Assembly: GCA_030390025.1 (NCBI GenBank)
Contig: CM059431.1
Location: 132,806,001 to 132,870,000 of the forward strand
DNA length: 64,000 bases
Reading direction: 5' to 3'
Source: Squalus acanthias
Lineage: Eukaryota
The translations under genes and the position numbers were made by a program. Positions 1 through 11,897 of this stretch are shown here, piece by piece. The notes under the pieces were generated by a model. It did no database searches and had not been told where the DNA came from. It saw nothing but the letters and a program-made list of their open reading frames with translations. The stretch's first letter is position 1. Each line of letters begins with the position of its first letter.

Positions 1-3000
1 TCTACCTGTCGCAGATGCATCTGTCCATGACAGTATTGTCCTGTCTTCACACTGAGGTCACTGAGGTTGTGTTGTGTGGCACTACCACAGTGCTAAATGG
101 GATAGATTCAGAACAGATCTAGCAGCTCAAAACTGGGCATCCATGAGGTGCTGTGGGCCACCAGCAGCAGCAGAATTGTATTCCACCACAATCTGTAACC
201 TCATGGCCCGACTGTAAGCATCGAACGCAGGCCCCAAGTTCATTTCAGACTTTTTGAATGATTATTACCAACAGCCTGTTTGGAGAAGATGGGAGGGGCC
301 CAGGTGTTCGTGAACAGGAGATTCCAGCCAGGCCTACAAACTAATTATGGGAGAATGTCTGGGCAGACAGAATTCTCTGGGAAGACAATGGGTCTGGGGA
401 GGTGACTCATATGGTCACAAGCACCTAGATGAGATAGCCCCGAAGGCGGGAACCAGACAAAAGAGAGCCATTGTAAATTAATGGGAAGCCACTTAACCCA
501 GGATCAGGTGAGAAGTGTGGCCCATCATCTGCCATTATCACCAGCACCTAGTTGGGATAGCCCCGAAAGGCAGGAAACCAGACAAAGAAGACAAAGAAGG
601 GTGATTAAAAAGACATCACTGCAACTACACAGACCGGAGAGGACATAGAGAAGGCAGCTTTGGCCTTTCGCTCTCTCTCTCGCTTGCTCTAAACCACCAC
701 GAGCAACAAGAGCCTCGCCTTGCTCTTCGAACCTCGAAACTAGGACTTGGATACTGCATCGGCGATACGGAACCAGGAGACACGTTCTACACAGGGGAGC
801 AGCGAGCAAGAAAACGGACAATCAGGGTGAGCATTGTCCAAGCCCACGCATCCTTAAGACCACCGGTACTGTGTGAGGGGGTGTTGTGTGTCCCAACCAA
901 GCCAGAGGGGTTTAGTGGGGAGGTTCTGTGTGTATTATATAGTGTATGTTCCGGGGTTTGTGGGACAAGTCCGTGTTATACTCTGTATAGCAACACAGTG
1001 TGATTTTAGGCGTCTTAATACGAGACAGGGGCCTGTTCGACGGTCCAAGTTGTATTGTTGTACTATTTGTTTTACGCCACCAGGCATTTTACATACTGGA
1101 GGCGGGTGTGTGTATTAACTTTATTAAACACCGTACGGTTGAGTCCGAAAAGCTTGTCTGTGTCCCAATCCTGTTCACCGTAATTCCTGTCGTATAGAAC
1201 TAAGTAGGGGGGGGGGTGATTCGAACCACCAGAGCAAACCACCTACAGGACATATCCCTCACTCTACCATTACCATCAAGCCAGGGACCAAACCTGGTTC
1301 AATGAGGAGTGTAGAAGAGCATGCCAGGAGCAGCACCAGGCGTACCTAAAATGAGGTGCCAACCTGGGGAAGCTACAACACAGCACTACATACATGCTAA
1401 ACATTGGAAGCAGCATGCTATAGACAGAGCTAAGCGATCCCACAACCAATGGATTAGATCAAAGCTCTGCAGTCCTGCCACAACTAATCACGAGTGGTGG
1501 TGGACCATTAAACAAGTAGCAGGAGGAGGAGGCTCCATGAATATCCCCATCCTCAATGATGGCGGAGCCCAGCACGTGAGTGCAAAAGACAAGGCTGAAG
1601 CATTCGCAACCATCGTCAACCAGAAGTGCCGAGTGGATGATCCATCTTGGCCTCCTCCAGAGGTCCCCAGCATCACAGAAGTGAGTCTTCCAATTCGATT
1701 CATTCCACATGATATCAAGAAATGGCTGAATGCACTGGATACAGCAAAGGCTATGGGCCCCAACAACATCCTGGCTATCATGCTGAAGACTTGTGCTCCA
1801 GAACTAGCCATGCCTCTGGCCAAGCTGTTCCAGTACAGCTACAACACTGGCATCTAACCAACAATGTGGAAAATTGCCCAGGTATGTCCTGTCCACAAAA
1901 AGCAGGACAAATCCAATTCGGCCAATTACCACCACATCAGTCTACTCTCAATCATCAGCAAATTGATGCAAGGTTTAATCAACAGTGCTATCAAGCGGCA
2001 CTTACTCACCAATAACCTGCTCACTGATGCTCAGTTTGGGTTCCGCCAAGACTACTTAGCTCCAGACCTCATTACAGCCTTGGTCCAAACATGGACAAAA
2101 TGGCTGAATTCCAGAGGTGAGGTGACAGTCACTGTTCTTGACATCAAGGCAGCATTTGACCGAATGTGGCATCAAGGAGCCCGAGTAAAACTGAAATCAA
2201 TGGGAATCAAGGGGAAAACTCTCCACTGGCTAGAGTCATACCTAGCACAAAGGAAGATGGTTGTGGTTGTAGGAGGCCAATCATCTTAACCCCAGGACAT
2301 CGCTGCAGGAGTTCCTCAGGGCAGTGTCCTAGGCCCAACCATCTTCAGCTGCTTCATCAATAAACTTCCCTCCAACATAAGGTCAGAAGTGGGGATGTTC
2401 ACTGATGATTGCACAGTGTTCAGTTCCATTTGCAACTCCTCAGATAATGAAGTAGCCCGTGCCCGCATGCAGCAAGACCTGGACAACATTCAGGTTTGGG
2501 CTGATAAGTGGCAAGTAACATTCGCGCCTCACAAGTACCAGGCAATGTCCATCTCTAACAAGAGAGAGTCTAACCACTGCCCCTTGACATTCAACGATAT
2601 GCCATCACCGAATCCCCTACCATAAATATCCTGGGGGTCACCATTGACCAGAAAGTTAGGGCTGGGTATTCTGCGGTGAGTGACTCACCTCCTGACTCCC
2701 CAAAGCCTTTCCACCATCTACAAAGCACAAATCAGGAGTGTGATGGAATACTCTCCACTTGCCTGGATGAGTACAGCTCCAACAACACTCAAGAAGCTCG
2801 ATACCATCCAGGACAAAGCAGCCCGATAGATTGGAACCCCATCCACCACCGGCGTACCGTGGCTGCAGTGTGTACCATCTACAAGATGCACTGCAGCAAC
2901 TCGCCAAGGCTTCTTCGGCAGCACCTCCCAAACCTCTACCACCTAGATGGACAAGGGCAGCAAGCGCATGGGAACACCACCACCTCTAAGTTCCCCTCCA

Positions 3001-3226
3001 AGTCACACACCATCCTGACGTAGAAGTATATCGCCGATCCTTCATCGTCGCTGGGTCAAAATCCTGGAACTCCCTCCCTAACAGCACTGTGGGAGTACCT
3101 TCACCACACGGACTGCAGCGGCTCAAGAAGGCGGCTCACCACCACCTTCTCAAGGGCAATTAGTGTTGGACAATAAATGCTGGCCTTACCAGCGATGCCC
3201 ACATCCCATGAACGGATTTTTAAAAA
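1..3226 (+). mobile_element. LINE-X copy (CR1-group-like non-LTR retrotransposon, APE-RT, decayed), interrupted by a solo LTR at 213-1247
   Basis: ORF fragments 1321-1857, 1864-2289 and 2389-2625 carry RT motifs (QFGFR, LDIKAAFD, FTDD). Stops and frameshifts are present. The A-rich 3' end is near 3226. Colinear with 31219-34770. Confidence 0.9.
213..1247 (+). mobile_element. Solo LTR-like insertion (1035 bp)
   Basis: TGTA...TACA termini and a 4-bp TSD with one mismatch (CGAC 209-212 / GGAC 1248-1251). It interrupts LINE-X where another copy reads contiguously (CATGGCCCGGCATATCCC). Internal ~45-bp duplication (420-467 / 543-590) and ATTAAA near 1123. Confidence 0.8.
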
Positions 3227-3227
3227 G

Positions 3228-4265
3228 CAGCCAGGTAGTGACCATATCAAATAAGAGAAAGCTCAGCCATCTTCCCTTGATCGTCAATGGTACCACTACC
3301 ACCTTAGGGATCACCTTTGACCAGAAGCTGAACTTGAGCAGCCACATCAACACCAAGGGTACAAGAGCAGGGGAGAGGCTGGATAGTCTGCGATGAATAG
3401 CTCACCTCCTGGCCCCTCAAAGCCTCTTCACTATCTACAAAGCTCAAGTCAGGAATGTGATGGAATACTCTCCAGTTACCCAATTAGATAAAGCTGCAAC
3501 AAAACTCAAGAAGCTCAATAGTAAGACAGAGCAGTTCACTTTTTATTTATTCGTGCCAATCAAGCGGGCTGCTTTGCCCTGGATGGTGTCGAGCTTCTTG
3601 AGTGTTGTTGGAGCTGCACTCATCCAGGCAAGTGGAGAGTATTCCATCACACTCCTGACTTGTGCCTTGTAGATGGTGGAAAGACTTTGGGGAGTCAGGA
3701 GGTGAGACACTCGCCACAGAATACCCAGCCTCTGATCTGCTCTTGTAGCCACAGTATTTATGTGGCTGGTCCAGTTAAGTTTCCGATCAATGGTGACCCC
3801 CAGGATGTTGGTGGTGGGGAATTCAGCATTGGTAATGCCGTTGAATGTCAAGGGACGGTGGTTACACTCTCTCTTGTTGGAGATGGTCATTGCCTGGCAC
3901 TTGTGAGGTGCGAATGTTACTTGCCACTTATCAGCCCAAGCCTGAATGTTGTCCAGGTCTTGCTGCATGCGGGCACGGACTGCTTCATTATCTGAGGAAT
4001 TGTGAATGGAACTGAACACTGTGCAATCATCAGCGAACATCCCCACTTCTGACCTTATGATGGAGGGAAGTTCATTGATGAAGCAGCTGAAGATGGTTGG
4101 GCCTAGGACACTGCCCTGAGGAACTCCTGCAGTGATGTCCTGGGGCTGAGATGATTGGCCTCCTTGATCGGTACCCCTGCTACTGTGCTACTTCTCTGTG
4201 CAACTAGGGATGGACAATAAATGCAGCCTTGCCAGAAGTTGCCCACATACTGAAAATAAATAAAG
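3228..4265 (+). mobile_element. Older, diverged LINE-X-related 3' fragment, split by the inverted copy at 3552-4163
   Basis: Similar to the RT C-terminus (DQKLNLSSHINT, MEYSP). The 3' tail TAGGGATGGACAATAAATG...AAATAAATAAA lies at 4205-4264. Confidence 0.6.
3552..4163 (-). mobile_element. LINE-X RT fragment
   Basis: ORF 3543-4046 (MFADD...YKAQVRSVMEYSPLAW) is near-identical to 33855-34340. Confidence 0.9.
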
Positions 4266-4776
4266 AAGACAGGGCCTAGAAATTCGGGTGGTTTGCGTCA
4301 CTCATTAGCACGGAGTAATGTTTAGAAAATGGCAGCCTGCGCTCTTCCGCCAGCTGGTGGCGGATTCCGTGGCAGGCGCCATTTTGGAACTGCCAGTAGT
4401 GCTGCCGGTAAACGCGATCGCTAGAGCAATTTAAATGAGCGAGATCGTGACGTCAGTGAGTATGCAACGCTCACCTGATGCCCGATCTGCAGGGTTGGTT
4501 CTTGCCATTGAACTTACCGGCAGGTCTAAACAATGACAGGGAGAGCAGGTGTCCAACAGCAGGAGGAAGGCTCCAGCAGTGATATGTAAAGGGATTAGCC
4601 GCAATCCGTTGCACTTGACATGGTTCTGCAGTTTGAATGGCTCTGTGCTACGTTCTGCAATTCCACCAGCTTTCTTTACTTATTTCAAGGTTATTTGGTA
4701 ACAGAGAGTGTTGTTGCAAGTAAAGAATTCCCTCATTCTTTTTAAAGGCTTCTGCTCACAACACTTGCTCACAGTC

Positions 4777-5903
4777 ATGGGGGCTATACTGGCAGTCGCC
4801 CTCGCCCTCCAGGATCTACGGCAGTGGAAGTGACAGCAGCGAGGAAGACAGGAACATATGCGCAGAGGGAGGAGGAGGAGGGCCTTGAGGGCTCTCAACA
4901 AGAGGCCTTATCCACCTAGGGTCTTCCGACAGCACTTATTCTACCTCCAATTAAGCGAGGAGCAGAGTCTTAGAAGGCTACGCTTCACCAAGGAGGTGGT
5001 CACAGAACTCTGCCACGGCTACCACGGCTCTCCCAGTGGCAGTCAAGGTCACCGTGGCTCTCAATTTCTTTGCCAGTGAATCCTTCCAGTCTGCAGCAGG
5101 AGACTTAGCTAACATCTCACAGTTCGCCGTCCATCGCTGCATCTGGGAGGTCACTGAGGCTCTCTACACCAGGGGAAGTGACCACGTTGGCTTCTCTCTC
5201 AGCAGAGAGAAGCAGGACGAGCGCGCTTGTGGCTTTGCCAGTATAGCGGGCTTCCCCATGGTGCAGGGCGCCATCAAATGCACCCATGTGGCTTTGTGGG
5301 CACCGCAAAACAATCCTGAGATCTTCCGTAACCGCAAAAGCTACCACTCACTTAATGTGCAGCTGGTGTGCGACCACACACAGCGAATCCTCAGTGTCAA
5401 TGCCCGCTATCCTGGCAGCAGCCATGATGCCTTCATCCTTCACCAGTCTGATGTGCCAGCAATTTTCCAGCCACCACAGTAAACTCAAGCGCGGCTGCTC
5501 GGAGACAAGTGCTATCTGCTCTGCACCTGGCTCATGACTTCCCTCCACAACCCCAACACTCGTGCCCAGCACTCACATAATGAGAGCCGTGCTTCCACCA
5601 GGAACATCATTGAGCAGACCATCAGGCTACTGAAGCAATGGTTCCACTGTCTTGACTGCTCGGGAGGAGCCCTCCAGTACTCGGTGGAGAGGGCGTCCCA
5701 TTTCGTGGTGGTCTGCTGCATACTTCACAATTTGGCCATCATGAGGGTGAAGCTCTTGCCAGCTGGGATTGCAGGAGGAGGACAAGGAGGAAGAGGATGA
5801 GGACGAGGAGCAAGAGGAAGAGGAGGGAGGGAGGAGGCAGGCACCCAATTGTCCATCCGGACAGGCTGTCAGTGAGTGGCTCATCAGACTCTGATTCCAA
5901 TGA
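4777..5903 (+). pseudogene. Harbinger DDE transposase pseudogene (A)
   Basis: Fragments 4858-5079, 5036-5482 and 5534-5800 are homologous to 8424-9584, with stops and frameshifts. Catalytic IDCTH is changed to IKCTH. Confidence 0.9.
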
Positions 5904-6089
5904 ATGAAACCCCAGATCCCCGTTGCTCACCACATCTCCATCTTACCATCCCTGTCTCATGGAATATCACATCCTTCTCTTGGGCACAAAGATGAAATGA
6001 GAGACACAACAAAAGATTCCAAACAAAATTAATAAATTTATCAATACTCTTTACAATAATATTACTAACTAATCACCCTTGTGCAATCC

Positions 6090-7947
6090 CTTAGTGTCTG
6101 TCTTTCGTGTGTGTTTTCCTAACCTAGTGCTCCTACGAAGTGCTCCCCCAGTGGCTGCAGCATAGCTGGTGCAAGGCTGCTGAGTTTCCGTGCGGGAGAC
6201 TTCAGGTGGCCTTGCAGGATGACCTCAAGCAGCTCTGGACCTAGAAGGCCTGGCTGTAGACTACACCACCTCGGCATGGGCGACAGCAGTCTGGGCTGCC
6301 TGGCTAACAGGCAGTAACAAGGGCAATGGCGGAGTGGGAGTAGGAATGCTGTCATCCTGAGAGAGGATAGCAGGGTCCTGCTTCAATGACCCACTGCCAC
6401 TCCCCCGAATGACTCAGCATTCCTAGCAATCTTTTGGCGCACAGATTGCTGGCCTGCAGCAACACCCTGCAAGCCCCCGGTCGACGTTGGTAAACCCAGT
6501 GACGATGGCAGCAGTCAGAGCTTGGGAGGATTCAAGCTGCGACTACATGACAGCAGTCTGAGCTTGGGTGGCTTCAATCTGAGACTGCATGAGAGCAGTC
6601 TGAGCTTCCGCTGCAGCACGAAGACATTGGGTCACTTCCGCCTGTGCTGCAATGGAAGCTGCGACATCACCCATCATGCGCGTCATCATGTTTGGCTCGC
6701 CACGGTCTCTCTGGGAGTGTATGATCATTTCCAGGCTGGAAATCCTTGGCTCCATGCTCTGCGCAGAGCCCCGTGCAATGTTGGAGTGGGATTCCTCCAC
6801 ACTCCTTGACATTGCCAAGATGCTCTCTGGCAGCCTTGCCATTGCACCTAGCAATTCGGTGTGCATGCCCATCACCCTTTATCTGAAGGCCATCCCATCG
6901 AGGTCCTCATCTGAGTCCTATGCAGCAGAATTTGCCCTCCGGGGAGCTGGCCCCCGAGCTACCCTTTCCACCTGGCCTTGCTGCAGCCCACTCGTGACCC
7001 GTGCATCACCCAGTGCAGATCCCGCTGCTACACTCGCCTCTAAAGTATGTGCAATGCCAGTTTCTGAGCTGGTGTCTGCAAGTGACAGATGCAGTGACAC
7101 TTCTTCTTCTTCTTCTTCCCCCTCGCTCTCAGCAGTGCCCTCAGGGACAGGCTGCTCCAGTGCCTGTTGATTATCTGAAAGCAGAAAGGCACAAGAGTCG
7201 GGTTATGGTGAGGGGAGGTGATATGCATGCATACAGCATGAGTAGTTTGAAAGTGAGAAAAGATTGTGGGTTGAGGGGGGAAGTGGGATGTGAGAAGAAG
7301 GATTAGGAATGACCATACCGTTGTTGTCCCCAAGGGGCTGAACCTCGCTGGCGGCCACGGCCTCTACCACGTGGCGCCCAATGATTTTGAGTACTCTATT
7401 CTCGAGATGGCTGAGGTGTTGAAGGGCCGCTTGGCCCCCACCTGTTTGCTCCTGCTCCCTCTGATTATGAGCGAGTTTACCCTGCAAGAGAGAGAGAAGT
7501 GTGTGAGTGAGTTTAGTGCAATGTGTTTGGGTGATGTACCTGCCATAGTTGAACAACTGCCATTGTGTGCAGGGTGTGAGATGTGGGTGTGAGTGTTGCT
7601 AGGTAGAGATTGTTGGATTGTTGCTGGGGGTGTGGTGCATTGAGCAGTGTGTGAGGCTTGTGGTGCAGACGGTGGTATGTGGCATTTGCTGAAGCCTTCA
7701 CTCACCTTGACCACCCGTGTGAGGTTGGTAAACTTCTGCCTGCACTGGGTGTGCGTCCTGGGGACCTCAGTGCTGGTTGTGACATGGTCCGCCACCTCAT
7801 GCCACATGGTCCGGGATGTGTGCTGGGAGGGCCTCCTGCTAGTCTGCAGGTACAGTACCGCCCGCCTCCTCTCCACCGCAAATATCAGTGCCTGCAGAAC
7901 TTCATCGGCGAATCTATGGGCTCTCTCCCTCCACTTCGTTCTGCCAT
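6090..7947 (-). pseudogene. Harbinger Myb/SANT-like gene pseudogene (A), 3 exons
   Basis: Myb motif RF...W.EVA...RTHTQCRQKFTNL. Exons are 7947-7706, 7481-7319 and 7174-~6090, with GT/AG boundaries and in-frame stops in exon 3. Confidence 0.8.
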
Positions 7948-8278
7948 GAGCACTTGTAACTTCGGTTCCTTTTCGTGAGTCTTCTTTACTTTGATGTTGG
8001 GGCAGCTGAACAGCCAACCACCCTGACAATGAACTGCTGCAGCATGTTAATAAAGAGTGAGCACAAATTTTGCGTGCTACCTAGATGATTTTCAGGTGGC
8101 GCAATTAACCTCATTTAGTCTTAACACTGCACATTTCTTAGCTAACTCCAATTTCTAGGCCAAGATCTCCACATATGGTGATTCACAGTATAAGGGCTAG
8201 AAATTCATTATAGCCAAGGAATGGGCGGTGTCAGTAGAAAAGTTGGGGAATTAGCGCCAGGCTATGCACCACTCGTTC

Positions 8279-8319
8279 TGAGAGAGAGAGAGAGATTCGG
8301 AGAGAGAGAGAGAGAGAGA
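8279..8319 (+). repeat. (GA)n microsatellite upstream of the transposase
   Basis: Direct reading of the sequence. Confidence 0.9.
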
Positions 8320-8423
8320 CTTCTACATTGACTCAACGCTTTGTGAGGTAGTTTTGCCTAGTTCATCCTAACTTTGCTGCTACTTTCGTTGCTGTACCTC
8401 ATTACTTTTCTGGCAAAGAGAAG

Positions 8424-9584
8424 ATGGGGGCTGCAATGATTGGGGGCGTCGTCCTGCTCCAGCTCAATCGGAGCAGAGTGAGACGCAGACAGAGAGTGGC
8501 AATGATGGCCAGACGGAGGAGGCCCATCAGGCGCATGTACAGGAGAGCTTACCCTCCCAGGGTATATCGTGAACAGCTCTCCTACATCCACATGTCCGAG
8601 GAGCTGTGTTTGCGAAGGCTGCGATTCAGCAAGGAGGTGGTCACTGAGCTCTGCCACCTGCTGCAGCCAGATCTGCAGCCTCAGCTGAGGTCCAGGACGT
8701 CTCTGTCGGTGGCAGTGAAGGTCACAGTGGCCTTGAACTTCTACGCCACTGGCTCATTCCAAGCTGCTGTTGGGGACCTCGCCAATATCTCCCAGTTTGC
8801 GGTGCATCGCTGCATCCGGCAGGTCACCAATGCCCTCTTCACAAGGAGACGAGACTTCATCTCCTTCCCTATGACCCCAGACAAGCAGCATGACCGTGCT
8901 ATGGGCTTTGCGAGGGTAGCGGGCTTCCCCATGGTGCAGGGCGCCATTGACTGCACGCATGTGGCTTTGCGTGCTCCGCGAGAGAATGCAGAGGAGTTCC
9001 GGAACAGAAAGGGGTTCCATTCCTTGAATGTGCAGTTGGTCTGTGACCACAGACAGGTGATTCTCGCTGTCAATGCCCACTATCCGGGCAGCTGCCACGA
9101 TGCTTTCATCCTGCGCCAGAGTACTGTGGCAGAAATTTTCGAGGCACCGCATCAGCCAGTTGGTTGGCTTCTGGGGGACAAGGGGTACGCATTGAGCACC
9201 TGGCTGATGACACCGCTCCGTGCGCCAAACACCCCTGCTGAGCTGCGGTACCAGGAAAGCCAACAAGCAACGAGGAACATTATTGAGCGCACAATCGGCG
9301 TGCTCAAACAACGATTCCGCTGTCTGGACCATTCCGGAGGAGCCCTGCAGTACTCGCCTGAGCAAGTTTCCAAATTCGTAGTGGTGTGCTGCATGTTGCA
9401 CAACATGGCAATCCTCAGGACGCAGCCAATGCCACCAGGCCTTGCAGCACCACAAGAGGAGGAGGAGGAAGAGGAGGAACAGGCCGAGGACGATGATCAG
9501 CAGCAGCACCAAGGCAGGAGGGCGGCCCACAATGGTCAAACTGCAAGGGCCGTCCGTCAACGACTAATAGCAAGCCGCTTCTAG
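8424..9584 (+). CDS. PIF/Harbinger DDE transposase, 386 aa (HARBI1-like family)
   Basis: Intact ORF with GAIDCTHV, RNRKGFHSLNVQLVCD, PGSCHDA, LLGDKGY and RNIIERTIGVLKQRF motifs, plus an acidic C-terminal tract. Confidence 0.95.
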   Translation: MGAAMIGGVVLLQLNRSRVRRRQRVAMMARRRRPIRRMYRRAYPPRVYREQLSYIHMSEELCLRRLRFSKEVVTELCHLLQPDLQPQLRSRTSLSVAVKVTVALNFYATGSFQAAVGDLANISQFAVHRCIRQVTNALFTRRRDFISFPMTPDKQHDRAMGFARVAGFPMVQGAIDCTHVALRAPRENAEEFRNRKGFHSLNVQLVCDHRQVILAVNAHYPGSCHDAFILRQSTVAEIFEAPHQPVGWLLGDKGYALSTWLMTPLRAPNTPAELRYQESQQATRNIIERTIGVLKQRFRCLDHSGGALQYSPEQVSKFVVVCCMLHNMAILRTQPMPPGLAAPQEEEEEEEEQAEDDDQQQHQGRRAAHNGQTARAVRQRLIASRF

Positions 9585-9879
9585 GACCCCTGCCAGTGCT
9601 ACAAACACGAATCAACCCAGCACGCAACCCCTAAGCCGGCCAAGGCACCAATAATTCCAACCACCAGCCATGTATATTTTGAATACAGAAACTTATTTAT
9701 TGTACAAACTCTGTGTGTGTCAATTCCTCATGACAAACTCATAGAAATAAACACAAAAAAAACAGTCAATAACATAACTGGTTCTCACAACCTGGAGATA
9801 ATGTCCAAAACACTAAACAAAAGTTGGGCCATGAACCTCGGCCTTTAATAAAAAAATGACCAGCATTTTGGCACACCTC

Positions 9880-10946
9880 CTACTTTTTGCCCTTCGAGGG
9901 TGATCTCCTTCCCTTGCGCACTTCCCCCCTTCTAACCCTACTGCTCCTCCGTAATGGGACCTCAGTGGCTGCAGCAAGGCTGGTGGAAGGCTGCTGCTTG
10001 TCAGACCCTGACAGTGCAGATGCCCCTGAAGGACGGCCTCGACCACTTCTGGGCCTGGAGGGCCCGGCTGCAGACTGCACCAACTCTGCATGGGCGGCAG
10101 CAGTCTGTCCTACAGGCGGTGGCAAGTGCAGTGGAGAAGTGACAGTGTTGGCAGCAGGAATGCTGTCATCGTGAGAGAGGACAGCAACTCCCTGCTCGCC
10201 CGACACACTGGCACTCCCACGGGGCAGCACTTCAGCATCCGGAGCAATTTGCCTGAGAACAGATTGCTGGCCTGCTGCGGCGCGGTGACAGCCCCAGGGA
10301 CATGTGCACGAACCATCGAGGATGGCAGCAGTCAGTGCTCGCGTGGCCTCAATCTGAGTCTGCATGAGAGCAGGCTCAGATGGGTTCCTGGCAGCCAGTG
10401 ACTGAATTGCAGCAGTAAGCTTTAGTGTGGCATCCGCCTGTGCTACAGCGAAGTGCTCCACACTCCTTGCCAGTGCCTCAATGCATTCGGGCACCCTTCC
10501 CACTGCACCCATGAGCTCAGTGTGCATGACCACCGCCTGGCTGTTCATTTCTGCAATCAGCCGCTCCTCCTCTGCGTCCATTGCATTAGGAGTGTCTGGC
10601 ATACTCTCCCTCTGGGGAGAAGGCTCCCGTTCTTCCCTCCCCCCCCCATGGCGTTGCTGCAGCCCGCTGGGTCCTGGAACTTCACCATCATCAGCCCCTT
10701 CCCCCCTGCTCCCCCGTTCTTCCCTCCCCCCCCCATGGCGTTGCTGCAGCCCGCTGGGTCCTGGAACTTCACCATCATCAGCCCCTTCCCCCCTGCTCCC
10801 CTCCGGGGAAGGCGTGTTCCCAGTGTGGCCATGGGCTTCCTCGGGAGAGGGTGGCACTGATGCTCCGGCTTCCTCTTCCTCCTCAGCTGCAGCATCACTC
10901 CCAGTGGCAGCTTCAGGGACCATCTCCTCAGCTGGTGAATCACCAT
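9880..10946 (-). CDS. Harbinger B Myb/SANT-like protein, exon 3
   Basis: Acceptor CCCTGCTTTCAG joins in frame to ORF 9880-10923. The spliced CDS is 1467 nt (488 aa) with a basic NLS-like C-terminus. Confidence 0.85.
10626..10800. repeat. 87-bp in-frame tandem duplication (2 copies)
   Basis: The 29-aa segment GSRGEGADDGEVPGPSGLQQRHGGGREER is repeated. Confidence 0.95.
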
Positions 10947-11105
10947 CTGAAAGCAGGGAGGTACAAGAGTGGCTTTAGCGTGAGGACAGGGTGGCAGTAA
11001 GGGAGGAATAAGTGCAGCGAGTTAGCAAGTTGGATTGAAAGTGTCAAAGGCTGGTATTGTGAGGGACAAGTGGAAGGACAGAGGACAAAAAGGTGATGAC
11101 CTTAC

Positions 11106-11268
11106 CATTGCTGTCCACAACGGGGTCGGCGTCTCCAGTGGCGACGGGACCGATCACCCGGCTTGCCACAATCCTGTGGACGCGCTCCTCCAGATCGCTG
11201 AGGGGTTGCAGCTGAAGCCGCCCTCCACCCGTCCGTTGCTGCTGTCTCCGATTATGAGCCAGCTTAGC
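11106..11268 (-). CDS. Harbinger B Myb/SANT-like protein, exon 2
   Basis: Acceptor TTTTCTTGCAG. Encodes AKLAHNRRQQQRTGGG. Donor ATG|GTAAG; 163 nt, phase 1. Confidence 0.85.
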
Positions 11269-11295
11269 CTGCAAGAAAAAGGACAGCATCTGAGT

Positions 11296-11520
11296 CAATA
11301 TACAGCCATGGTCTTGCCTGATGTGCCTCCCATAGGTGAATAGCCCTTACAATATGCAGCCATGGTCTTGCCTGATGTGCCTCCCATAGGTGAATAGCCC
11401 TTACAATATGCAGCCATGGTCTTGCCTGATGTGCCTCCCATAGGTGAATAGCCCTTACTGTATGCAGCCATGGTCTTGCCTGATGTGCCTCCCATAGGTG
11501 AATAGCCCTTACTGTATGCA
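11296..11520. repeat. 54-bp minisatellite, ~4 copies, in intron 1
   Basis: CAGCCATGGTCTTGCC recurs at 11303, 11357, 11411 and 11465. Confidence 0.95.
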
Positions 11521-11660
11521 AAGTGTGGAATGTGTGTGTGTGTTTGATGAAAGGGCCATAGGTGTTGGATGAGTGTTGTGCATTGGGGTTTTAAGACCCT
11601 CTGGCCATAGAGTGAGGTTGAGATGGAGGGATGGAGAGGTATTGAGAAAAAGCCACTCAC

Positions 11661-11897
11661 CCTGACGACCCGAGTGAGGTCGTTGAACTTTTTGCGGCAC
11701 TGGACATGGGTCCTGGGCACCATGCTCCTGGAGGAGACGCTCTGAGCCACCTCCCTCCACACTCTTCTGAACTCGCGTGGCAAAGGCCTCCTGCCACTCT
11801 CTGGGAACAGCATGCATCGTCTGCGCTCCACTGCGTCAACCAGAGCATCCAAGGCCCGCTCGGTGAAGCGATGAGCGCGTTCTCTCACCCTCTCCAT
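11661..11897 (-). CDS. Harbinger B Myb/SANT-like protein, exon 1
   Basis: ATG in good Kozak context (CCAAGCATGG). Encodes RFTERALDALV...VWREVA...RTHVQCRKKFNDL. Donor AGG|GTGAGT, phase 0. Confidence 0.88.

Larger units (their letters stand above)
4273..8161 (+). mobile_element. Harbinger transposon A (full length, decayed)
   Basis: Terminal inverted repeats (TIRs) GGCCTAGAAATT / AATTTCTAGGCC and a 3-bp TSD CAG/AAG (1 mismatch). Convergent transposase and Myb-like pseudogenes. Confidence 0.85.

Noticed and set aside
525..1197. Short ORFs within the solo LTRs (also 39395-40640 and 45681-46755)
   Set aside because: Low-complexity sequence with no domains, lying in LTR-like non-coding sequence.
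8344..8401. let-7-like TGAGGTAGT...AGTT with a downstream TACCTCA
   Set aside because: Only the seed and ends match, the hairpin pairs poorly, and it lies in a transposon leader. Probably coincidence.
8424..9584. Host HARBI1 gene
   Set aside because: It is flanked by TIRs and a TSD, paired with a Myb gene, and has decayed paralogues nearby. It is a transposon copy.
11296..11520. CRISPR-like regular repeats
   Set aside because: The units are head-to-tail with no unique spacers, inside a eukaryotic intron.
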